Shown: piece by piece, positions 34,362 to 45,200 of the stretch | Layout of the letters: each line of letters starts with the position of its first letter | Numbering within the stretch: the first letter of the stretch is position 1 | Virus record (IMG/VR): IMGVR_UViG_3300022752_000015 | Span: 62,001-126,000 of that record | Strand: one strand, 5' to 3' | Length of the DNA: 64,000 bases | The notes under the pieces: generated by a model | What the model saw: the letters and a program-made list of their open reading frames with translations, nothing else | Told to the model about the DNA's origin: nothing | Database searches by the model: none | Position numbers and translations under genes: made by a program

Positions 34362-35285
34362 TTAGCTTGACAAAAATCTATGAGATTTTTCTGTCCATAT
34401 TTCAAATATGAAACCATTTTCGGTTGCAAATTTTTGAGCAGATTGAAATTTGGCGACATTTTTGTCATGAGTAACATGGCAATTTGGTTTAAATTCTACA
34501 ATACGTTTTGTTCCGTCTTTATACTCTATTAAACAATCAATGATGTAATGTCTAATTTTTCCTTCAAATGAATATTCGATGTTGTAAGGTTCAAACGTAT
34601 AAGAAATAACATCTTCGTTTGATTCTAAATGTAGAATCGCATTTAATTCGAATAATGACCTGTAATAAACATTAGGCTTAGATGATTTCTTAGAGTTATT
34701 GAAATATCCATGAACGCGAGTGCATTTAGTCAGCAATCCATTTTTTACTCTCTCAGCTTGCTCCAAGCTTTGACGTTCTCGATTGGTTTCTTTGCCCCAA
34801 TAAGATTTCATATGCTCTGAGATTTTTTGTTTATGAGATTCTGATTTTGATTTTCCTGTTAAAGATCTGGATATTTTTTCAGATCTTTCAGGAGTATTCA
34901 TCTTTTCAATGATTGATGCTATTCTTGGATCGTCCTTCGTTAATCCCTTGCACCATCCTTGAATTTCACCATTTTCCCACATTTTTCTTCTGGTTGTGAG
35001 ACTTTTCTTGAAGGCTTCTTTGTTGTGACCCCAATTATTGTTCACTTTCGAAGCATGACCCCATACAAACTTAGAGTATCCATTCACCAATCCGTTAAAT
35101 TTTGTATCGGAACCACACCCACATTCGCACGTTGGTTTAATTCCTTTTAGCACAACTTGAATGTATAAATCTTCGCTTGAAATATCATGTTTTTTTGAAG
35201 CATGAATTCTAAGGGAATTGATGCTTTCAATTTGAAAGTCGCATTGGGGACATTTAAGCATAAAACCTCTGCAGCTTGACGCCAC
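34362..35285 (-). CDS. Free-standing putative homing endonuclease (Zn finger, NUMOD-like repeats, TnsA-like PD-(D/E)XK)
   Basis: CPQC...HASKKH, CECGC, WCKGLTKDD, YRSLFE...EPY.I.Y...YIID...IVEFKP; AT-rich. Alternative start at ATG 35261. Confidence 0.8.
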   Translation of the reverse strand: MASSCRGFMLKCPQCDFQIESINSLRIHASKKHDISSEDLYIQVVLKGIKPTCECGCGSDTKFNGLVNGYSKFVWGHASKVNNNWGHNKEAFKKSLTTRRKMWENGEIQGWCKGLTKDDPRIASIIEKMNTPERSEKISRSLTGKSKSESHKQKISEHMKSYWGKETNRERQSLEQAERVKNGLLTKCTRVHGYFNNSKKSSKPNVYYRSLFELNAILHLESNEDVISYTFEPYNIEYSFEGKIRHYIIDCLIEYKDGTKRIVEFKPNCHVTHDKNVAKFQSAQKFATENGFIFEIWTEKSHRFLSS

Positions 35286-35329
35286 AGAGGTAATTATACA
35301 TCACTTTATGATTTGGTATAAGACTTTTT

Positions 35330-35818
35330 CTAGAACTGCAAAACGCAATTGTCGAAACGGAGAGTTAGTGATATTTCCGTTGGGTTTCCGTCCTCGTATG
35401 TGACCTCGTTGAAGTTAGCATCCGTGATGAATGCGCCTTTGATGTCCCAGAGTTCGATGACGGTGCCGACGGGGTCGAGCATCTTGAGTTGGATGTCACG
35501 CTTGTAGAAATCGGCGTAGCCGCTGCGACCTGAAACAGATTCGAAGTGGAGGCGGATCCATTCCATGACCTGTTGTGCGCCTGATGGCGCGATTGGGTCG
35601 TGGAGGGTGACGCCCATGGTGCTGAACGTCGTTTTGCCTGCGAGGTAGCGGGTTGAGTTGATGAACGGGACTGGGACTTCTTCTGTCGTGATTTGTGGAC
35701 GAGCCGCTGTCTTGATGATGTAGGCGTCGATGCCTTCAATCATGAGGACCCAGCGGTTCTTACGCTTTGGTTCAAACTTGTTTGGAATCATTGACGTGAC
35801 GTCAAGAGTTTCGGCCAT
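35330..35818 (-). CDS. Tail tube protein (T4 gp19-like)
   Basis: FEPKRKNRW, LHDPIAPSGAQQVMEW, YKRDIQLKMLDPVG, LRFDNC. Confidence 0.9.
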   Translation of the reverse strand: MAETLDVTSMIPNKFEPKRKNRWVLMIEGIDAYIIKTAARPQITTEEVPVPFINSTRYLAGKTTFSTMGVTLHDPIAPSGAQQVMEWIRLHFESVSGRSGYADFYKRDIQLKMLDPVGTVIELWDIKGAFITDANFNEVTYEDGNPTEISLTLRFDNCVLQF

Positions 35819-35848
35819 TGTAGAATTCTCCTGCTATTGGAACTAACA

Positions 35849-35855
35849 TAATTAT
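35849..35855 (-). promoter_or_regulatory. ATAATTA candidate late promoter motif
   Basis: About 30 nt upstream of the tube ATG. Confidence 0.45.
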
Positions 35856-35884
35856 TCACAAAAGATGATATAACAAAAAATATT

Positions 35885-38800
35885 TCAAATCTCGGACTGT
35901 AGACCGTTCGAGATGATGAAATCCAGTGAGACGAATTCAAGGGTCTTTGGGGGTTGGAGGTAGATTTTGCCCTTGAGCAAGTTATTTTCGACGTTTTGTC
36001 TAGATTTTAGGGGTGATTCTATGTTCACCTTGAAGGATTGGAGGCCGTTGCGGGCGCGGACGGACGACAGGTATTCTGTGATCTGTGAGGCGAAGACGGT
36101 TGACACTCTCTCTACGTTTGGTTCAAAGAGGAATTGTAGAGCAATTTGTCTGACGGCCTTGCGTACATCGATGAGCAGCCTGCGGACGGCTATTCTGTTT
36201 AGAGAAGATTCTGTCGATAGCAGCAGCGTCTTTTGACCCCAGATGACGACGCCTGACGTTTGGGCTGGGGATAGTTGTTTTATGTTTGTCGTCGCGTAGA
36301 GTGGATTTATGTTGTTGATGTACAGATTATCGATCGTGGGTTCGTCGAAGTTGATCACGGGCTGTAGGGCTGTGGTGAGACGACCTCGGGTCATGCCGGC
36401 GGGAGCGAACCATGGGGCTCCGACAGAGTCATTGAGCGAGATGGCGCCGAGGACGGCCACGGAGGGTGGAACGATTATCTCCTGATTGGGCAATTGATCA
36501 GGTGCAATTATCACGTCGGGGTAGTATGCGGCTGCATAGGATGAGTTCACACCGCGTTCTTTAAGAGCGGCAATGGTCAATGACGTTGAAGGTGCGTTGG
36601 CCTTGCCTAGAGCCGACATGGACATGGGATTTGAGCCTGAATCGTACTGTTCTATGTCCATGATATAAAGAGTGTCCATTCTTTCTTCCGCCGCCTGCAC
36701 GGCGACGTCGGTGATCACACGTTCTCTTATCCCGGGGATGGCCATGATGCCGATGTCTGCATTGACTGTGTTCTTGATGATGTCTATCGCTTTTCTGTAC
36801 GAGACCACAGCCGGACCATTCAACCCGCCTCGTGCAATGTCCTCCATGTCTCCTCTGACGGCGACGTCATTGATGGCAGCTTCATCAGAGTCGAAGATGT
36901 TGACCCCGTCGAATCCTCCTTGGAACATCACATTAAAGCTTAGATAGTCTCTGTTTTTCTTCAATAGAAGATCAGAGACGTTGATCCCTCGTGTCTTTGC
37001 GTCATCATCGACCGCAACGAAGCCACGACGAACATATTCTGCAGAGCCCCACTCGATGATTCCGCTGCTACCGGTCAACACCTTGACATTTTCTAAAGTG
37101 AATAGATTGTTACAGAACCTATCAGCATCCAGTATTCCATTTGTGGTAGAGTCGGGCGTTCCTTCATTGTCTCTCACGGAAAAGTTCAGAGTTGTCGTCG
37201 AGTGGTCAGGATAGTGAAGCGCAAAAGCGTTGAAAGATTTATTGAGATTTGAGTTTGGTAAATCGTTCGAGTCGAATGGACTTGAGTGAACGAATATAGG
37301 TCCCCAAGGCTTCTTCGTCGGGGGATCAGTGTTGTTGCCTGTTGCCTTGTTGTTTAGCCTCATTGGTAGAGGAGGAATCACGGAATTTCGCAGGTAGTAT
37401 TGATCGACCAGAGGTAGAATATCTGAGCCGCCCAACGGAGCTAGAGGAGCCGAGCCGGAAGTAACTATGTGAGAAATTCCTCTGGATCCCATTGGGATGG
37501 CCGCAGGATTCAGAGTAGCGTTATGAACCTCTTCGGATACTTCAACTCTAACGTATCTAGACTTTAAGGGATAGTTGCCTTCGATCACCATCCTTTGGTC
37601 GTCAGGGGGTCTGTCAAAATCGTAGTAGACATTTACATCTCCTATCACTTTGCAGATATAAGTGGCAGATGATGGATCCAACGTCAAGTCATTGAACGTT
37701 TCAAGCGGTTTAGAGTCTTCGTTATCTGGATCATCTATCAGTCTCACCGATAGGCTAAAAGATCCGTACTTGTATGGACTTCCTTCCGATTTTGGAAACA
37801 CATCATGAATCGTCACCTTGTAGCTGTTGGACACGTTCGCTCCTGCATCGAGCGCATGGAGCCTGAAAAGATTTTCGTGCTTTCCTAAAAGTTTTTGAGA
37901 AATTATCCAAGGTGTGGATGCATGAGTGAATCGATCTCTGAAAGATTCATAGTTTGGAACCGTCGTCGATCCAACGTTTCTAGGCAACGAAGACGTGATC
38001 AAGAAGACTGATCTCTCAGTGTCTAGTATTCTATTTGAATCTGAAACCACGTCGGCGCCAGCAGATACGACTCCCGTACCAGTCACGACAGCGTGAGAGG
38101 GGTAGATGTCCCAATGAGCTGCAAGGTAGTGACCTTTTTCTTGTATCAATGAAGCCGTGAGATTGAATACGTTCGATATGTAGTTGGTGGAGAACATATC
38201 GAAGGAAGCCGTGATGAAATTAGGAGCTGAGGTCGTGCCTTTGTGACCATTCATCAGCAGAACGAACTCCTGCGACGGCGTTTGATCTTTTCTAAGCGCG
38301 ATGGAACCCAAAGTCGTACCATGCGCCGTCGATTCATCAGCTACAAAGTTAGATAAAGGAGCTGATGAGTCATATCCTCCTCCTGATGAAGATAACCGTA
38401 AGATCACCCCCGAAGGTGCCATCAAAACGCCTCTGATGATGGGGACGGCTCCCGCCGTTATCCCATTAACGCTGCCTGTTCCTTGCAACCCAGCCGAACT
38501 GAACACGACTGAACCTGCAGACTCTGACATGAAGCATCCCAAAAAGTAAGTCCTGCCCAGAGGACCATTGAGATTTGCGTATGGATTGGACCCTAACGAG
38601 CTAGAGTTGACAGGTTGTTCTTCTCCGACGGTGAAACCTGCGTTGGTGACCTCGCCAGACGTCAGACGTTTATTTCCGTCGCCTGCTCCGAGGATGCGAA
38701 TGTAGGTGATAGAGTTTGCATTTCTCATCCACTCTGCGACCGCAAGGGGACCAAACTTTTTGCCGTCGATGGTCCCAAACTTGTCGATAAAATCAGTGAG

Positions 38801-38950
38801 AGATCCTAACGTAAAAGGAACGAAAGCGGGACCGTTATTTGAAGTTCCAATGACGCCAGCCGAAAGACCACTCGGTTGGGTCTTGACAGGACCAATCGTC
38901 CCGATCTCTTGTGCTGATATTCCTGCGCTTGAAAATTCGAATTTAGCCAT
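35885..38950 (-). CDS. Tail sheath protein, paralog 3
   Basis: GVIGTS..GPAFVP, FQGGFDG, PWFAPAG, IWGQKTL, VRRLL, FEPN, FVSLDF. Confidence 0.9.
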   Translation of the reverse strand: MAKFEFSSAGISAQEIGTIGPVKTQPSGLSAGVIGTSNNGPAFVPFTLGSLTDFIDKFGTIDGKKFGPLAVAEWMRNANSITYIRILGAGDGNKRLTSGEVTNAGFTVGEEQPVNSSSLGSNPYANLNGPLGRTYFLGCFMSESAGSVVFSSAGLQGTGSVNGITAGAVPIIRGVLMAPSGVILRLSSSGGGYDSSAPLSNFVADESTAHGTTLGSIALRKDQTPSQEFVLLMNGHKGTTSAPNFITASFDMFSTNYISNVFNLTASLIQEKGHYLAAHWDIYPSHAVVTGTGVVSAGADVVSDSNRILDTERSVFLITSSLPRNVGSTTVPNYESFRDRFTHASTPWIISQKLLGKHENLFRLHALDAGANVSNSYKVTIHDVFPKSEGSPYKYGSFSLSVRLIDDPDNEDSKPLETFNDLTLDPSSATYICKVIGDVNVYYDFDRPPDDQRMVIEGNYPLKSRYVRVEVSEEVHNATLNPAAIPMGSRGISHIVTSGSAPLAPLGGSDILPLVDQYYLRNSVIPPLPMRLNNKATGNNTDPPTKKPWGPIFVHSSPFDSNDLPNSNLNKSFNAFALHYPDHSTTTLNFSVRDNEGTPDSTTNGILDADRFCNNLFTLENVKVLTGSSGIIEWGSAEYVRRGFVAVDDDAKTRGINVSDLLLKKNRDYLSFNVMFQGGFDGVNIFDSDEAAINDVAVRGDMEDIARGGLNGPAVVSYRKAIDIIKNTVNADIGIMAIPGIRERVITDVAVQAAEERMDTLYIMDIEQYDSGSNPMSMSALGKANAPSTSLTIAALKERGVNSSYAAAYYPDVIIAPDQLPNQEIIVPPSVAVLGAISLNDSVGAPWFAPAGMTRGRLTTALQPVINFDEPTIDNLYINNINPLYATTNIKQLSPAQTSGVVIWGQKTLLLSTESSLNRIAVRRLLIDVRKAVRQIALQFLFEPNVERVSTVFASQITEYLSSVRARNGLQSFKVNIESPLKSRQNVENNLLKGKIYLQPPKTLEFVSLDFIISNGLQSEI

Positions 38951-38970
38951 CTATATCGCTCTACGTTCCA

Positions 38971-38977
38971 TAACTAT
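38971..38977 (-). promoter_or_regulatory. ATAGTTA candidate late promoter motif
   Basis: 20 nt upstream of sheath 3. Confidence 0.45.
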
Positions 38978-38986
38978 AATCCTGCT

Positions 38987-39079
38987 TCAGACATCTGACA
39001 TGTAAGAATCATCATCAGATGTCATGGGAATATTTTGCAATATGTCCTTGATTGTTTTACCACGTGCAATTGTTGACAT
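38987..39079 (-). CDS. Possible 30-aa small protein
   Basis: MSTIARGKTIKDILQNIPMTSDDDSYMSDV*, preceded by GAGG; lies between the terminator and sheath 3. Confidence 0.35.
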   Translation of the reverse strand: MSTIARGKTIKDILQNIPMTSDDDSYMSDV

Positions 39080-39096
39080 TAATTAATGCCCTCGAC

Positions 39097-39130
39097 AAAA
39101 AAGAAACCGCCCCGTTAAAAGAGGCGGTTC
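39097..39130 (-). terminator. Intrinsic terminator after sheath 2
   Basis: AACCGCC/GGCGGTT stem followed by a T-run on the minus strand. Confidence 0.75.
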
Positions 39131-39152
39131 CTGTCTGTTTTGACAGAGGTTA

Positions 39153-42100
39153 TCAGGTCACTGACTGCAGGTTATTTGCAACGACGAAGTCGAGTGAGAC
39201 GAATTCGATTGTCTTTGTTGGCTGCAGGAATATCTTACCTCTGACCGTGTTGTTCTCGACGTCGGCCTGTGTGGTCGTAGAAGAATCGATGATGACTCTG
39301 AAACGATCGAGACCGGCGAGGGCTTGGATTCTCTGAAGTCTTGGCGTGACAGCCGCAGAGAATCTTGCGAGGGTTGCTTCGCGGTTGGGTTCGAAGATGA
39401 TCGTCTGAGCAATCTCGCGAACCTGACGACGAACGTCGATGAGGAGACGGCGGACGTTGATTCTGTCAAGGGCAGAAGCAGCTTGCAGCATCGTCTTTTG
39501 ACCCCAAACAACCACTCCTCCGCGAGGGTTCAATCCGCCTTGTGCATTTACAATTTGAGCGTACAAGGGGTTGATGTCCTCATCATAAAGCGCATCCAAG
39601 TCCTGATCCTTGAGCTGTATGCTTGTCTCAAGTGTCGTGGGTAGAGCGCCGCGGGTCTGACCTGCTGGGGCGAACCAAGGATATCCTAATGAGTCATTCA
39701 AGGCTAGAGCTCCGAGGACCACAACCGAAGGTGGAACGACCACTGTGTTCGATTGTTTTGAAGGATCTCTCATTAGAACGTCAGGGAAGTAAGCTGCCGC
39801 GAAGGACGTGTTGAGGTTACGCGCCTTATGCTGTAGGATCGTTTCCGTGACTGAAGGTTTGACTACTCCTGTGATATCGATCAGGTTTCCGTCCTTGTCT
39901 ACCTGCTCCATGTCCATGATGTATAGAGCGTCAAAACGTTCTTCAGTCGCCGCGATGGCAGCATCAGTGACGACAGGCGTTCTGATGCCTGGTATCGCAA
40001 GGAGTTGAATGTCTACATTGGTAGTGTTCTTCATGACCTCAAGGGCCTTGAGATAAGCTGATACGTTGGGGCCCTTTTCGCGACCGCGATCAGCATCATT
40101 CATGTCTGCTGTGACAGCAGCATTGTTGATCTGGTGCTCATCTTCATCAAAGATATTGACACCATCAAATCCACCCTGCATGATCAAAGAGAACTTGAGG
40201 AATCTTCTGTTCAATGAGAATGATAGATCATCTACCTTCACAGCCCTTGTTTTGTTGCCACTGTCAGGTTGGATGTCACCATTTCTGACATAGGTTGCAT
40301 ACTTCCAATCATCTGCCTGTTCCACGGTGCCGTTCGAGCCTGTCTTGATCTGCACATGCTCTAGAGAGAACAAGTTGTTGCAGAACTTGTCAGAATCGAC
40401 GATTCCATTCTCGGCAGTTGCTGCTGCTCCTGCGTTGTCTCCAACGACAAAGTTCATGAATGCCGTTGAGAAGCCGGGGAAGTACTGAGTAAAGCTGTTG
40501 AAAGATTTATCTGGCGTTACATTGCTATTTTGATCATTCACGTCTACGACGTGTTCAAACTTTGCTCCCCAGTAATATCTAGCGTTTTCTTGTGCCTGCG
40601 CTCCGACGCCATCAAAGATGTTTTTTCTGAATGGAAGAGGTGGTTCAACCACATTGCGAATCAAAGTACCTGTGATAAGAGCTGCGTCGTCGACAGTGAA
40701 GGTTGCTGAACCTGATGTCATGAGATGAGCGATGCCTCTGAAACCCATCGGCAAGGCTGTCGCGTCAACAGCCAGATCGATCACTTCATCTGACACTTCA
40801 ACTCTGACATATCTTGATCGCAACGTATAGTTGCCTTCAATCACTAGCTTTTGGCTTGCATCATCTCTATCAAAGTCATAATATGCGTTTATGTCTCCCA
40901 TCACCTTCCCGATGTAACGATCGGAAGATGGATCAAGGTTGACTCCGTTGAAGCTCTCTAACACCTTCGGTTCAATGTCTGTGTCATCCATGCGACGTAG
41001 AACTACGTTGAATGAACCGTACTTGTAATTGGCTGCATTTGAAGGAGTGATGTTGGCAATTCCAATCTTGACCTTGTTAGAGATGTTGGCTCCAGAGTCT
41101 AGAGCATGGAATCTGAACAAGTTAACTGGCTTTCCACCAAATTTTTGAGAGATAATCCAAGGAGTCTTAGCGTTAGAGAATCTATCACGGAAAGATTCAT
41201 AATTGGGTACAGTCTGCGATCCTGAATTTCTTGTCAAGGATGAAGTTAACAAGAAGACAGAATTCTCCGTACCAAGAACGTGCGATTGATTTGTACCTGC
41301 AGTCGGAGACAGATAACCAGAAGCTATTGGTAAGAATCCAGTTCCTGTAATGACAGCCAACGAAGGGTGTATATCCCAACTTGCGGCAAGATAATGGCCA
41401 GCTTGCTGTATCTTGTAAGGATCTGTGTTGAAAACCTTAGATATGTGATTCGCTGAATTGACGTCAAAAGACGCTGTCAAAACGTTAGGATAAGCAACGT
41501 CTGTTCCTTTATGTCCGTAAAGCAACATCGTGAACTCTTGCTTGGAAGGTGAAAGAACGATGGTTCCTACTGAAGCTCCAAACAGGTTTGCGGGTTTTGC
41601 AGGTGTTGTAGAACCAGGAGCAAGGGATGTAACATAACTTGCCGACAAACGCAGGACGACTCCTGAAGGAGCCATCAACACGCCTCTGACGATTGGAACT
41701 GAAGCTGTCAAGCTAGAAGGAGAGTTGACTCTTTTTGCTCCTTGCAACCCAGCATCACTTAAGAAAGTTGATCCTGCCGACTCCGACATGAAACATCCTA
41801 AGAAGTATGTTCTGCCTAGTTCCCCGTGTGAAACTGCATATGGATTTGGTGATAAAGTTCCGTCTTCTGCAGGTTGTTCTTCGCCTACGACGAATCCTGC
41901 ATTATTAACTTCACCAGCCGTCATTCCTGTTTTAAGACGTTGCTTTCCATCGCCAACGCCTAAGACTCTAAGGTAAGTCACTGAGGTTGAACGGCTTAAC
42001 CATTCAGAAACAGCTATCGGTCCAAACTTCTTAGAATCGCTCTCACCGAACTTCGCAAAGAAGTCTTTAAGCGTTCCATAAGTAAGTGGTACGAATGCTG

Positions 42101-42221
42101 GTCCTTTTAACGATGTGCCGATGACCCCCGCGGGGACCCCCGTCGGTCCTGTTTCGACGGGGCCCGTTAGGTCTATTTCTCTTGTTGTTACTCCTGCGCT
42201 TCCAAATTTGAGCTGTGCCAT
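39153..42221 (-). CDS. Tail sheath protein, paralog 2
   Basis: REIDL, GPAFVP, MQGGFDG, PWFAPAG, WGQKT, RINVRRLL, IFEPN. Confidence 0.92.
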   Translation of the reverse strand: MAQLKFGSAGVTTREIDLTGPVETGPTGVPAGVIGTSLKGPAFVPLTYGTLKDFFAKFGESDSKKFGPIAVSEWLSRSTSVTYLRVLGVGDGKQRLKTGMTAGEVNNAGFVVGEEQPAEDGTLSPNPYAVSHGELGRTYFLGCFMSESAGSTFLSDAGLQGAKRVNSPSSLTASVPIVRGVLMAPSGVVLRLSASYVTSLAPGSTTPAKPANLFGASVGTIVLSPSKQEFTMLLYGHKGTDVAYPNVLTASFDVNSANHISKVFNTDPYKIQQAGHYLAASWDIHPSLAVITGTGFLPIASGYLSPTAGTNQSHVLGTENSVFLLTSSLTRNSGSQTVPNYESFRDRFSNAKTPWIISQKFGGKPVNLFRFHALDSGANISNKVKIGIANITPSNAANYKYGSFNVVLRRMDDTDIEPKVLESFNGVNLDPSSDRYIGKVMGDINAYYDFDRDDASQKLVIEGNYTLRSRYVRVEVSDEVIDLAVDATALPMGFRGIAHLMTSGSATFTVDDAALITGTLIRNVVEPPLPFRKNIFDGVGAQAQENARYYWGAKFEHVVDVNDQNSNVTPDKSFNSFTQYFPGFSTAFMNFVVGDNAGAAATAENGIVDSDKFCNNLFSLEHVQIKTGSNGTVEQADDWKYATYVRNGDIQPDSGNKTRAVKVDDLSFSLNRRFLKFSLIMQGGFDGVNIFDEDEHQINNAAVTADMNDADRGREKGPNVSAYLKALEVMKNTTNVDIQLLAIPGIRTPVVTDAAIAATEERFDALYIMDMEQVDKDGNLIDITGVVKPSVTETILQHKARNLNTSFAAAYFPDVLMRDPSKQSNTVVVPPSVVVLGALALNDSLGYPWFAPAGQTRGALPTTLETSIQLKDQDLDALYDEDINPLYAQIVNAQGGLNPRGGVVVWGQKTMLQAASALDRINVRRLLIDVRRQVREIAQTIIFEPNREATLARFSAAVTPRLQRIQALAGLDRFRVIIDSSTTTQADVENNTVRGKIFLQPTKTIEFVSLDFVVANNLQSVT

Positions 42222-42247
42222 TTATATCGCTCCTACGCTTTGCATGA

Positions 42248-42254
42248 TAAGTAT
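42248..42254 (-). promoter_or_regulatory. ATACTTA candidate late promoter motif
   Basis: 26 nt upstream of sheath 2. Confidence 0.45.
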
Positions 42255-42273
42255 AAGATTCCCGACGTTTGCA

Positions 42274-45200
42274 TCAGACAAATTCGACGCCGGCGTTTGT
42301 TACGATGAAATCGATTGCAATAAATTCAATTGCTCTCGTTGGGACGACGACGATTCGACCATTCAAACGATTGAGATCGATGTCCTCTTGTGTGTTATTA
42401 GTCTCATTCATGATGACCTGATAAGCCTCAATGCCTGCCTGGGTCTGAATAAGGCTGAGTTGAAGAATTGCATCAGCCACAAACTTATTTCTGACGGCTG
42501 GTGTGTTCTGTTCGAATATGATTCTGTTAGCTATGTTGATGATTAATCTCTTAACCTCTAAGAGCAAACGTCTCACATTGACTCTATCAAGAGCAGACTT
42601 TCTTATTTGTAATGTCTTTTGTCCATAGATAACGAATCCCAATCTTGGGAATGTCGCTATAGGATTGATTCTAGCATCATATAGACGATCTCTATCCGAG
42701 ACGTTCAATCTGACCTCTACGTTGTTCACGAAATCAAGCGCGGCTCGGTTGAATCCTGCAGGCGCAAACCAAGGATATGCAATAAAGTCGTTGAACCCTA
42801 ATGCACCGAGAGCTGCAACAGATGCAGGAACTTTCACGTATCTGCTGTTCGTCGTGTCGTTGACGTAGACGTTGGGGAAGTAGGTCGCGACGTAGTTGTT
42901 ATCGAACGTTCTTTCTTCGAAGATAGCTGCTGTATTTTCGATGTTGATTCTGTTCGTAGAATCATCATAGATTCTATCACTGTTGTCATCATAGTTTGGT
43001 ATGTCCATGACGTACATGGCCAGCCCATAATCTCTTACTTTCTTTGCTGTATAATTAGTGAGGTAATCCTCACGAATACCTGGCAGAGCAAGTAGATTTA
43101 CGTTAACCTGTAGAGGATCGGTCATTACATCGATTGCTGTGACGTAAGAACTAACTGCGTTGTTATCAACTCCAGTTCCAGCCACGTTAGAAGTGAGACC
43201 CGGTGATGTGTATGTGGTCGAAGCTGCTCCCTTAGGTGTCTCAAACGAAGTTGCTTTATCATTCATTCGGCGAGCTGCTGGATCTAGGATATTCAAACCG
43301 TCGAATCCGCCGTACATGAATGTTGAGAACTTAGCAAACGTTGAGAATCTATTGAATTGATAAGGTTCACCATTAGACAACAAGCTTGCAAGAGTAATTC
43401 TGTTTCCAAATCCTGAATCATTTATGACATAAGTTGATGGATCGACTTTGCCGTTTCTGATGTAAGCAGCTTCTCTCATATGAGATCTGATCGTACCTGT
43501 TAACTCAGAGATAGCTCCGTTAGCGAATGCTACCTTAGAGAGGCTGAACTTATTGTTGTTAAACGTGTCTGCACCAGAACCTGTCACTAAAACGTCGAGT
43601 TTTTTAATACCCATGAACTTTGTGAAGTTTTCAATGAGAACGTTCTTTTCTTCGTTCAAATTGTTATTAAGCGGGTCGGTGTTTCTTTCAAACTTTACAC
43701 CCCAGTAGTAGGCTGGATTTGCTGACTCAAGAGGACCTGGTTCACCACTCCAGTTAGCAGTTGTGCTAACTGCTCCTCTTGTTACTTTGTATCTGTAAGG
43801 TACAGGAGGAAGTATAGATCCTGATAACATTGATGCGCTATTATTATCGTTAAAAGCCCCTCCTATTCTTATTCTTGATGACGTTGGCGCTGCATCGTTG
43901 AGGCTATCATTCGTCTTTAGGACCTCAAATCCTCTGAATCCGAACGGAAGAGATTTTGCGGGAACCTTTTTTTCTTCAACGGCAGTTGACATCACTACTC
44001 TGACGTACTTGGAAACATTCTGATATTTTCCAGTAGTCACGATACGTCTCTCGACAAGTATGTCTTGATCGAAATCATAAGTTACTTTGCGGTCGCCAAC
44101 TAGTTTTGCAACGTAATTGTCTGCATCAGGATCCAAAGAACAATTTACAAATTCTTCTATTATTACTGGATTTACGTCCGTATCATTGAAATCACGAATT
44201 TGTAAATTGAACGTTCCGTATTCATAAGCATCATTTTCAGAAACCTTCAGATTACTTATTGAAACCTTGTAAAGGCTGTTTGCATATTCTCCATCGTCGA
44301 TAGACTCTATAGAGAACAAATCATATTCAGACGTTCCGAATGGTTGCGAGATGAAGTAAGGAGTGCGAGGAGCTGTAAATCTTGTGTCGAATGAACCATA
44401 TGCTCCGCTGAAGTAAAGAGTAGTGTCACCAGAAGTATTGCTCCTAAGGCTTGACCCCGACAAGATGGCAACAGCGTCATTATCTATGACGGAAGCGACT
44501 TCATCATCAACCGCAAAATCAGCATATAATAAATGCTGATATTGAGCAAATTTTTCAGGATCTTTGTTCAACACTTTTCCGAAATAATCAGCGCTTGTTG
44601 GATTAAGCGATGCCGTGTAGATTTTCAATCCTGCTTTTCCATCGTCATAAGAAAACGTTGATCCTAAAGTGGAGGAAATAACAAGCTTTACTTTCCCACT
44701 TTTCACGGCACCGACGTCGTCTATAGCAACCGGACTGTTGAACGTAGTTCCTACGTTTTCGTCTCCATCTAAAATAAGCATTCTAGCACCAGATGCCATG
44801 AGAACGACTCCGCGGACCAACGATACGTTACTAGACTGAGTTCTCGAATCGTTGTCCGTGAACATCGGCATACCTTTTGGTTCTTCGCTAGAATCTATCG
44901 TGTGATCTGCTACTATAAATTGCACGCCACCGACAGTTCTAGAATAGAGATCTACTGTAGAGTCGGTCTTTATACCGATCGTCTTAAATCCAGCATTCTT
45001 TACCTTGCCAGTTACAAGAGTCGTTTGAACGTCACTTAAAGAGCGATTGGAACCTCCTCCGAGGACACGCATGTACGTCAACGCTGTTCTATTTTTCAAA
45101 AACTCATTGACAGCATAAGGACCAAACTTTTTTGGATCTAGATCGCCAAAAATGCTTGCAAATTCATTAAAGTTAGAAACAGTAACTGGTACGAAAGCTG

